Of a stretch of 64,000 nucleotides of DNA, positions 1 to 21,900 are shown piece by piece; within the stretch, counting starts at the first letter, position 1; each line of letters opens with the position of its first letter. The notes below the pieces were generated by a model, which had not been told where the DNA came from, searched no databases, and saw only the letters and a program-made list of their open reading frames with translations. The position numbers were made by a program, and so were the translations under genes. This stretch comes from Saccostrea cucullata (Eukaryota), in NCBI RefSeq assembly GCF_032062105.1, contig NW_026930475.1, forward strand, positions 124,001-188,000. The letters run 5' to 3'.

Positions 1-876
1 CAACATTCTAAAAGAGTACATCCAAAAATCCAAAATTTATGCAATTTTGATCAAAAACTTTGGAATTAACTTATATAAAAACTTCAAACTAGTCACCCAT
101 CACAAAAACGTAATTATAATCCAGTATCTGAAGCAAGTTTGAGAGTTTTCATCCCTTAATGCATCATTTGTGCAAGTTTGGTTTATATAAGCCTTATAGT
201 TTCTTGGTGATAGACCTGCACCCATAACTTTTACCTGGTCCATTATCTGGAAAATGTAAGTTGAATTCAGCATCCGAAGCAAGTCCATTAGTGTGCATCC
301 TTAGATATATCATCCATGCAAGTTTAGTCGTTATAGGGTTCATAGTAACTTGGAATTGAAACCCGCATAAAAAACTTCTTCACTCATCCAAAAATTCAGA
401 TTCAGCATCCGAAGCAATTCCATTAGAGTGCATCCTTAGATGTATCATCCATGCAAGTTTGGTCTTTATGGTGCCCCTAGTTACTTGAAAATGAAACCTG
501 CACCAATACATTAACCTGTTTCCTCATGCAGAAAATGTAGGTCAGATTCAGCATCTAAAGCAAGTCTGGTTGTATGCATCATAAGATGTATCATCCATGC
601 AAGTTTGGTCAACATAGGGCTTCTAGTTACTTGGAAATGAGACCTACACCAAAAATTTTAACCTGCTCCAAAAACTTTCTTTGCTGAAATTGCAGCATCC
701 GAAACTTTGACTTGTACAATGAAACACACTAGAAATATCTTCCATGCATGTCTAATCAATATAGGACATAGAAGTACTTAAAAAGAAAACTGCTCCAAAA
801 AAACTTAACCTTGGACGCAGACACCGACGCTGATGGTATCACATAAGCTCCCCTAACTTTGTTGAGGTGAGCTAAA
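1..876. mobile_element. Helentron/HINE-like non-autonomous element with internal tandem array (~145-bp unit, about 5 copies), truncated by the window start
   Basis: CAGCATCCGAAGCA..ATCCATGCAAGTTTGG recurs at 122, 268, 403, 549, 693. Ends with GACGC-type microsatellite remnant, hairpin and GGTGAGCTAAA. Confidence 0.65.
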
Positions 877-1149
877 TATATATGTATAGGTGTATTACTA
901 GTGTGTGATTACTAGCAAAAAAAACTCACCTTTACTCAACATTTTGAAATGTATAGTCTGTATAAGTGCAAGACCTCAAACATTTACAATAAAACAAAAC
1001 CTTGATATTGGTGCATATCTAAATTAACAAAAATTGTGACTTTTAACGCAGCTTGTAAGTTAATTTTTGATGTCAGTGACATCAAGATTGTGTTTATTTA
1101 CTTTATTAAAAACTTTAATCTCTATAAAATTTGAAAACGGCAATGAAGT

Positions 1150-1505
1150 TCATCACTGCACCATCAGGATCTTTTAAAGGGTTGATGGTGCAATAAGGAG
1201 ATGGCCTTATAACGATGAAACAATAATGCAACAGTATGAAAGCACCATGAATACGATATAATGGTGCAACAATGCAATGATGATATGGTGCGATAGCATG
1301 ATGGAGTGATAGGGAACATGTATTCACCATCAGTGCACTATTATGATGCATGTATCTCTATTGCATCATTACCCTATCAGTTCATCATGTCATTGCATAT
1401 CATCATCAATCTATTGCTTCATTGTCAGCGCACCATCGCTTCATTGCCATTACAATGTTGTGTCAACGCACTATTGACCCAACCCAAACCTTGATGGTAC
1501 GATAT
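1150..1505. repeat. Degenerate foldback (palindromic MITE-like) element
   Basis: Left arm rich in GATGGTGC/CAATG, right arm rich in GCACCATC/CATTG; axis near 1320; GCACCATCAGG at ~1158 mirrors CCTTGATGGTAC at ~1489. Confidence 0.55.
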
Positions 1506-2078
1506 GGATTGCTTGTAAAACCCACCAAAATAAGCCCAAATATGCACCCTGCTAAAAATTCTTCCTTCATTTATTCCTTGGAATACCTTTTGCTCTCCAC
1601 CATCAATTTTCCATTCCCAGCTCTTTTCTACTTAATTTTGTGTTACTGGGTATATTGTATCTTTTCCAAACATTACTTTACAATTCAGACCATTAATAAA
1701 ACTGCTTCAAACAACAGGCTTCATAAAACTGAATTTATTATGTTATAAAGAGAGCTTATAAAGCTTAATACCATACAATGGATAATTTTTCTACAAGCTC
1801 AAATTCTTTAAAATAAAATCTTGTCTCTCCATTTTGCAAAGGAAAATTTTGTGATTCTACTTTTAGCGCATTTAACAGAACTGTATAAAATGTGCCCTCA
1901 GTTATACTGTACTGAAATAGTAAACATCTAGAGAGACTATAGGGAAACACTTTTTGTGGCTCCATCTTTCAGTATCTCTACACTCAGAAACACTGAATTG
2001 TCAATCAATCTTGTGACTGTTTATATAACCACTTAACACTATTTATTGAAAAACTCTCAAAATCAATAATCACCTTAA

Positions 2079-2505
2079 AGGTGCATAGACACAGATTTTA
2101 AGTTGATATTTTCTGTATAATATCACGACTTATACCGGTATATCTTAATATCATTCCACACAAAAATTTATTAAAAATTTTATTTCATCTAAAAATTATT
2201 GAAACTTTAAATTTTTGGATGGGTTTGATTGACACATCCTTGCACTTTCACAAATTTAATTTAATTCTTAATATAAAACTTTAATCCAGAAAAATAATTA
2301 TATTCAGAATAGAAATATTCTAAAACAAAATTTGTAAAAGTGCAAGAATGTGTCAATCAAACCTGCCCAAAAATTTTAAGTTTCAATAACTTTTAGATGA
2401 AATAAGATTTTTAATATATTTTTGTGTGAAATGCTACAACAACATATACATGTAAGTCGTGATATTTTACAGAAAATATTAACTCAAATCTGTGTCTATG
2501 CACCT
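2079..2505. mobile_element. Palindromic MITE with TTAA target duplication (Kolobok-like termini)
   Basis: TTAA|AGGTGCATAGACACAGATTT ... AAATCTGTGTCTATGCACCT|TTAA, with inverted arms extending over most of the element. Confidence 0.8.
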
Positions 2506-2939
2506 TTAATAGTGTAAAAAAAAAATTAAAATTCATAGACCAACCTGAAGACGCTTTTTCATTCCAATTCCATTACAAGTTTTACTAATAAAAAGAAATA
2601 ACACCAACAAGAAACAAATTTGACTGTTTACTCTAGTCTGAACACCATAACTTGGCTGGGCAAAGCAACATTAACAATGAGAATAAGTTTTGTTTTTGAA
2701 TTATGACAACTTACTTAATACATTGTACCGGTATATTTTAACAGCCCAATGGATACCAAATTTAATGAGTACAATGTAAAATGCTACACAAATTACCATT
2801 GTATTTCACAACCAGAAGTCTCTGTCGAGACTGAAGCTCTACTGGTTTGTACTTATAGCAAAGGAAAAGAAAGGTTCTTAAGCAGTTGGGAACTGAAACT
2901 TTACCACAGCAATAAAAAGAATAATGATCCTTGATTAAG

Positions 2940-3856
2940 TCTCTTTATGTTCTTAGTGTAGTCTACTTGCATGCCACATTATATTATAATCAGACTTAAA
3001 CTGTATTTCGATTAGCATTTTGAGAGTTTTTAACAGAAATTTCTATTTTTAGCAACAATGGCAACACCGTTCATCGAAATCAAAAACCGATAAATAGAAT
3101 TATGTATCTTAGTGTAGTGTACTTGTGTGCCAAGTTATATTGAAATCAGACCAAAACTGTAAGCAGAGTAGCATTTTGAAAGAATTTCACAGAAATTTCT
3201 ATTTTTAGTAACAACGGCAACACCGTTCATCGAAATCAAAAACCGATATACAGAAATATGTATCTTAGTGTAGTCTACTTGTGTGCCAAGTTATATTGAA
3301 ATCAGACCAAAACTGTAAGAGAAGTAGCATTTTGAAAGAATTTCACAGAATTTTCTATTTTTAGTTACAACGGCAACACCGTTCATCGAAATCAAAAACC
3401 GATAAAATGAATTATGTATCTTAGTGTAGTCTACATGTGTGCCAAGTTATATTGAAATCAGACTTAAACTGTAAGAGGAGTAGCATTTTGAAAGAATTTC
3501 ACAGAAATTTCTATTTTTAGTAACAACGGCAACATCGTTCATCGAAATCAAAAACAGATACACAGAAATATGTATCTTAGTGTAGTGTACTTGTGTACCA
3601 AGTTATATTGAAATCAGACCAAAACTGTAGGAGGAGTAGCATTTTGAAAGAATTTCACAGAAATTTCTATTTTACAGTAAAAAAAAATCAAATTGTTTTA
3701 GAAATGGTGGCTGTACCAAACAACGGCAACACCGTTCATCGAAATCAAAAACCGATACACAGAAATATGTATCTTAGTGTAGTCTACTTGTGTGCCAAGT
3801 TATATTGAAATCAGACCAAAACTGTAGGAGGAGTAGCATTTTGAAAAACTGTTAAG

Positions 3857-3887
<31 letters not shown>

Positions 3888-3965
3888 GGACAGACAGACG
3901 GACGGACGACGGACGCATTACTATCGCATAAGCTCTTCTGGTCTCTGACCAGTAGAGCTAAAAAT
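2940..3965. mobile_element. HINE/Helentron-like element with 156-bp tandem array (about 5.5 units) and (GACA)n microsatellite
   Basis: CAAC(A)CCGTTCATCGAAATC at 3062, 3218, 3374, 3530, 3727; (GACA/GACG)n at 3857-3915; terminal hairpin CTGGTC..GACCAG then TAGAGCTAAAAA. Same family as 45595-46105. Confidence 0.8.
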
Positions 3966-4959
3966 CAAGCAGAGTGCTCTTTTTGAAAGGGCCATATTTT
4001 GACCTTGTACAATATACAAGCATTTTTCAAAACTGGAATTAATATTTTGACTTTTGAAGCATCTTTTATATATGAAATGGAAAATGGAAAAAAATGCTGA
4101 CGAAACATGAAGTTTTTGCCTGTAATTTTTCTTAAACACTACAATAGAAACCAAATTCAATTCTCATGTATTAATGTTTATCACAAGGAAAGGGACAGGC
4201 AAGTCCAGTATATATGGAGTTACATTTCAAATATGTACACTTATATTTCAGACTGCCCATTTAAAGTGTGGCTTCATTTAACTCAACTTACCAGGGTAAT
4301 TAACTGGTGCTATACATTTTAATTTCTACTAGACGTTTAAAATACTTGTATAAATTGCAACATGTTGTAAAAGACAATATAAACCAAATATGTGTCACTT
4401 AGTTTTAAACATTCTTCACAAGCATTCTAACAAAAAAATAAATTGAACAATTGTTTTTCCTCACATACATGCTCATTTAATGCATTCAAGGGTAAAAAAA
4501 AAACAGCAACATATCACAAATAATCGTAATATACATATTCATAAGAATAGTCAGAAACACTGGATGTGTTCCCTTCTAGCTTTTTAAAACCTGTATCTGC
4601 TTTGCTTGATACAGAAAAGCATTAATGATTTGGATTGCATACTCCTAGGAAGTTAAAATCATATTAAAACAGCTTTTTATGTCTTTTGTTAAAAAAAGCT
4701 ATCAACTCATTGTTTTCACGGTGAAAACAACACTGAATGAAATGGTGGCTGTACCAGGGCGTATATAAAGGAGATGGTACAGCGCAGTCTCTCACGGCCC
4801 TCGCTGTGTCTCACGCTCTCTCTCTCACTGGAGAATACACTGGGCGCTAGTGATGAGAATCAAACCACAATGTAGAATGGCTCCTCTTTCACACACTCTC
4901 TCCCTGGAGCTAACAATAGTCCATGACATGACTCCACTGTCATGGCGCCTTGCACTTTG

Positions 4960-15596
<10,637 letters not shown>

Positions 15597-15996
15597 TTTG
15601 TGTTGGTTTTTCTTTTTTATCTTTCAATCCAACGAAAATCTTGATGTCCTGGCGAAATGAGTTATATCACTTTCGGAAACGTTAAGTAAGACGCAATTTG
15701 ATTGGTCAATGCATTTGACTTATATCGAAATAAATTGTGTACTTTGAGAATTCTATTAGAAATCAAATCCTGTTTTCAAGTGTAATTAACATGTATATGT
15801 GTATAAAAAGATCTTTTCCTTTAACATATCAAGATTTGCATTTACTTCTTTAACATTTTCACATTATTGAAGTAAAGGCGAACACCAATGAAATCCTTCC
15901 TAACAACTATATGATTTCATGCATTCTAAATCCATTCGGAACTCCTTCGCCACGTGCTATGCTTAGAAGCGCATTGATAACTAAGATTTTTGCAAT
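15597..15996. promoter_or_regulatory. Bidirectional promoter shared by importin-alpha and PELP1
   Basis: Divergent ATGs 400 bp apart. Opposed CCAAT boxes (ATTGG ~15701, CCAAT ~15885), E-box CACGTG at 15951-15956, E2F-like TGGCGAAA at ~15650. Confidence 0.7.
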
Positions 15997-18900
15997 ATGG
16001 CAGCCTCCATGAATGTCATGCTGAGCAAGCTGTGTGATAAGAGTTTGACATATGAGGATCTTGTTATACATTTAAGAAGATTTAATGACTCTCAGATATT
16101 TAAATTCACTGCAAGTTTAGCTAAACTTGATATGTTAATATATACCTCACAAAGAAATAAGAAAAGATTATGTTTTTTCTGCAATTTGATATCTTCCCCA
16201 AACATCTGTAATTTTATCAATAAGTTGCTAATAAAGTCAAAAATGGATAAATCCCACCTTTCTGTATAATATGTTTTACAATGTGACCGCTAGGGCGAGT
16301 GCAGTTATGTAATATCAATATACCTCTACACAGTTGCATGATGCTTGTATATATACTGGCTATCGGGGTATCGGGTTCGTTCGCCCGATCTACGTGTTCG
16401 CGGGAGTCCGTTCGCACAGAGTCCGTTCGCCCGAAATATTTTTCGCCCAATATCTTGTTCGCCCTATATATGGTATATATCAGTGTTTTCCTTTTATTTC
16501 AAAGTAAAGGGTTAGAGATCAGTTGTAACAGGTTAGGGTATGAGGTTTATGAACAAAATTGACAATTACTGTATATACTCGCCTATAAGTCGGATTTTTG
16601 GGAGTTAATCTCTGGTCCAAAACTCTATGTCCGACTTATAGGCGAGCTATAAAATGAATGGTATTATATGAGGTCAGTCCCTCTTATATATAAGCTTATT
16701 AAATACAACCGACTTATAGGCGAGTATATACGGTACCATGTCGGCATACAGTCATGAACATTAATAACATAACATAAATTAACACAATTAAATACAAGGA
16801 TATACAAAGTGAGAAATATGAGGTGAACAAAATTGTGTATTTCTCAATATTAATATTTATTTTTGACTTTCTTTTCTGATGTCAAAGCACTTTTTTTGAT
16901 AATCAACAAAGGTTTTCTTCTTCTTATTAATTTTGTTCCATTTTTCAATCGGACAAGTGGGCCTTTGGACTTGTGAACCTTCAAACTAGTGGGCGGTTGG
17001 TCTTGTGATCCTTCGCACTAGTAGACTGTCCAACTAGTGAACCTTTGCACTAGTGGGCAGACCTCCTGGCTATCTTCACTTCAATTTTAAAAAATTAAAT
17101 TAAAAATTTTAAAAATTAATGAAAGAAAAAAGAACTAAAAGAAATCACTTCTCATGCATCCGGATCAAGATTACAAACTTCTCAAAGGTTTCCGACAAAA
17201 TCCCAAATACCCAAGTGACGAAAGGATAATGTGAAATAAAAAGTCCTATTGGCTTTGGACGCAAACAATAGTTTTTGTGGTATGGAGATTGCATTAAAAC
17301 ATTGTTTATAATTTTTTTAAGTAAGTTGTTGCTATGTTTTAGCCACCATGTTGCTATGCACTGCAAAGGATTATTGGGAGTTTGGAATTTTTTCACGTGG
17401 ACTGATAAAAATTTCTTTGAACAATGTGTATATTTCAACCCAAATGCAAGCCCGCTATGGAGCCTGCTATGCAAGTGGCAGTTCGCTCCGCCTCGCTGTG
17501 CTTGCTATGAATACACAAGATTTACAATGTCATTTTGACCCTGTATCAAATTTTCATAGAAATCAGATGTTTAATGGTTTGGACCAATGATATCAACCTG
17601 AGCAGCTCAGTAGAGCACCTAACTAGTGATACAGGGGTCCTGAATTTGTTTAACAGTCCAGCAATACAGGAGAAAATGTATGACTGGACTGGAAATAGAA
17701 CCAGGGATCCTTGCATCACTAGTCAGGTGTTCTGCAGACTGAGCTAGCCAGGCTGAAATACACGGCCCAAACCATTACATGATCAATGTGTACAGTCCAA
17801 ATTTCATCTTCACCCAAGCATCAGTGTTTTCCCTTTATTTCAAAGTAAAGGGTTAGAGATCAGTTGTAACAGACTAGGGGCAGAGGTTTATGAACAGAAT
17901 CTCTATGGACCTTACAGCAAATTTTTATTTCAAAGCGGCAGTTTTGTCAATTGAAGTGGTCAATTTTGCCGGTAGCCGGTTCTTAGGGAAAACACTGAAG
18001 CATTCTTGTTAGAGCTTGCAGAGCAAATGGTGCTTATTCTACTATTATAAAGCATCTAATTTCAGCATCAAAGACCACATTCCATCAGAGGTGTTTTAAC
18101 TTTAAAAATTATATATATAAATACCTTTTTGGATATACCTGTGATAATTACTCTAGAAGTGTGTATTTTTTCAGAAGTCAAACCTTCATGATACGATTGG
18201 GAGGATGCACACATTTCTCCACACTGCTAGTAATAGGTAATTGCCTTATGACATGCATTTAGTAGTAATTTCAAACCCCCCCCCCCATGTTTTACAGACA
18301 AGAAATTTCTTCTAATTTTTTTTTATCGAATATCTACAATAAGAGCATGATAAGTTATTTCTTATCAAATTAAATAAAAATAGATATGATTTATTGCACC
18401 TGAGCTTGTCTCAAGTAGAAGGTATTTTATAATATCAGTTCTAGGCCAGTTCTGTAGTGTTTCTTAGGTCAACAAGAATTCAAGAAAAGAATGAAATCAT
18501 GTATAAAAAAAAACAACAAAAAATGTCAGTACAGATATCAGATTATATGTATATGTTGACAGGACTCGTGGTTTGCTGATTTTGACCAGTCTCATCAGTC
18601 AATGTGATGCGGAAGATTTAAACCAACACATGTCCACTTGGCTTAAAGTCATCATTCACATATTACAGGTAAGTACTATCTATTTCTATATAAATAGATG
18701 TATAATACTTTTGCAAAGATTTTGTAGTCAGACTGAGATTCTGAGATTGCAGAGTTTGTTTTTACTCCAGATTTTTATCTATTGCATGTCTGTATATTTT
18801 TTTCTTACCGGTACTTTGAGTCTTTGATTTAAAAATGAGATATTTTGACTTATGAATTCTGTTTTCAGTTAAAGTTCAAAGTAATGCATATCTAGATCAT

Positions 18901-21900
18901 ATCAATAATCGTTTAGCTTTGTCCCAGTGACCCAAAATTTAGATTGTTTTTTTCTAGCCATTCATCCCCTTCTTTACACTTAAAAAGAAGTCTATAGATA
19001 AAAAAAATATATGTCCAGATTATTGCATCACAGTGTCACAATTTTACCTTTACCTTTGTTAAAGTGACCCCAACACTGCAGGTGTCTTCCTTCAATCATT
19101 CTCCACCTGTTTTAAGTAAATGAAGTCTATAAGATAAAAGATTATTTTAATTTCTTTGACTTTGATCTTTGATCAAGTTACACAGACTTGTCCTTCACTT
19201 AAGAAGTAAATACATGTACTAGGAAGTATCTACATTGAACAGTAAATTGTAGTCAAGTTATTTACTGTCATATATAAATATTGTTTGTTTGTATATTGTT
19301 TAATGTCCCTCTCAAAAATTTTTCACTCATATGGAGAGCTGCAAATTTTGTCCTATACTAGGCACTTCAAGTGATTGTCTAATTGTAGTCGAGGGAGCCC
19401 CCGGTGGTTCTGAAGCTGACCTGTCATGTGTGTTGTCAGATCATCAGAATATCACCCTGCCACATTTCCCTAAAGAAAGCTGTGCAGACATTTATACCCC
19501 AGCTTATTCCTCTGCTTCTGGGAGCTTCTGACGAGGTTTGTATATCAATCTTATGTTTTATGAAAAATTTAGGCACCTAGGGGTTAGATTTAAGAGGTAG
19601 TGACACACACCACATTAAAATCTACATTAGTTGTTCAAAATGACACAAACATTAAAAATTTTTGCTTGTTCTTTAATGGTTTCTTATAATTTATGAACTC
19701 AAAATGCAAATAAATGAGTTGGATAATACGAAGTAATGAAAATTAACCATAGCATCCCATTGTTTGCAGTTTCTGATTGATGTTTGTGTGTGTAATTATC
19801 TGGTTTCATTAACAGTGGAAGAGACAATCTATAGCAGTACTGAACGCCTGTATAACTCACTATGGCGGGGCCTGTGGACCATTTAAGGTAGGTGATACAC
19901 TGTTCTGTAGTGTCAGGAAACACACTACAAGGGACATACAATATCTATATTTATTTTTTGGGGTATGTGAGTAAAGGTTTTTCAGATTGGATGAATGAAT
20001 GTTTCAAGTGAAAAAAAAACACAAACATCTGAATATATCCCCTTAACAAACATATAAAAGAGATGTTAAAATTGCTTGCTTAAGAGGTTCATAAAAAGAT
20101 GAGTCATTCTATATTAAATATCTGTGTGCATATAATGTTAAAAATAGGGACGGGGGTTTGCTTCTTAACATTGCCTTCTGGTATATGGAAAGGGAAATCA
20201 TTTCATTTCCATATTCCAAGTGAAATTATTAAAATTGGTGTATATACATATAAGATAATATATAATTTTGTATGCCTACTTATGATTTTAAATGTTTTGT
20301 TTTTTAGAGTAAAATTGAAGACCTTATCAAAAAGGAACTTCATTCTGGCTCTCTGACCAAGGTATGAAAATTAATGTGTGTGTGAGGGAGGGGGGTATTG
20401 TATAAGATGTCCAAAAGAAAATTTTAATTGTCTTCTCAAGATCGACTTGATGAATTTAATCCAAACCAAATTGAGAGGTTGCGTTACATGTTTATTTGTT
20501 AGAAAGATATTTGTTATTCTGATGAGTGTTATGGTGTGGTAGACTTTGATCTTGATCATTTGAATAATTATTATTTTAAGTAAGCTGATGTTATTCTTTA
20601 CAGGAGTCTGTGCTGTGCTTCTGTCTGTTGGCCTGCTGTGGCACCAGTGGTAATCAGAGGATCAAATACACAGAGGGCTGGAGTTCACAGGTCACTCACC
20701 TGTTAAACGACCTCCACTCTATAACTGACCACATCTACAGAGACCTACCCAACTCAGGTGATGCTTGTTGATTCCCACCTCTAATCTCTGATAGTTACAA
20801 ATTTATTATTATATTTATTGACGTGCATTTCCTTAATTAACATTACTGAAACTTCATCAACAGGTTTACCAATGACTGAGGAAGATGGTATCCAAGAATC
20901 CTTTGGGGCAGTAGATCCAGTGACACAATTCAGTATTCTCATGCAGTGTCTCCAGAGGATGCTCAGGTTTATTTTCAGTTCACAAAAATGTTATAAAATA
21001 CAGTGTATAAACCAGTTTTTAGAAAACAATTTGTTTTCTTTAATTTATTTAAAATTCATATTTATGTATTTTTGTTACGTCTCCTGAAAACAAACTGTTA
21101 CATTAGTAAGCTTGTTTTCTGACATTTGTAGGAAATCCTTCCCCGCTCTGATAAAACTGCCTGTTGAGAGGATTCTCCACTTTGTTGATAAAGTTCTCTC
21201 TGTAGATGACGCCCAATTAGTAAGTTGTAACTTTCTTTGATATAGACACTTGGATACATAGATCTTAGGAGTTAACTTATATACTTTACCAAGGATTTCA
21301 TTACAGTATATGAGATTTAGAGTATCTGAATTCACATTCTATGTTTTTTAAGACATTTTCTCTGAACTCTGAAATTTAGGTGAACATTATGGCCTGCAGA
21401 TCTCACTTTTTATCATTTTCTTGTTGTCCTTCATTAAGACATTGATGATTTTAAATCTTTCAGAGGATGGTGAGTTCACTGAACAGCTCTGTCCTACTCC
21501 TCCACAGAGAAGCAGTGGATGTTATTGATGCCCTGTATGAGAGGTCAGACAATTTATACACATTAGGGTATTCCCAGTATGCAAGGCTGGTGTCTGGCCA
21601 GTATTTAAATTGAGTATACTTGTTAGGACAGCTGTATTTAGTTTTGATAATTTTTTTTTTCAAGGAAACATCTCTTGCTGGATGTACTTGTACTGCATAT
21701 TGTAAATCAAGAGAATTTCTTTTTGTTTTCAGTTGTAAAAAATTGATGTTGCCATACAACAAGAAAGTTGTTCGAGTGTTAACAAGAGAGCTGATACGGA
21801 CTTCCTCTGACTCTGCATACACACAAGCTAAGCCACTCAGGTATCATGAAGGCTATAATATGTGAAAAAACAATACACCTATACATGTAGATGTTGTACA

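Noticed and set aside
1115-1748. His/Ile/Cys-rich ORFs
   Set aside because: Products of the CAT/ATG-rich foldback repeat.
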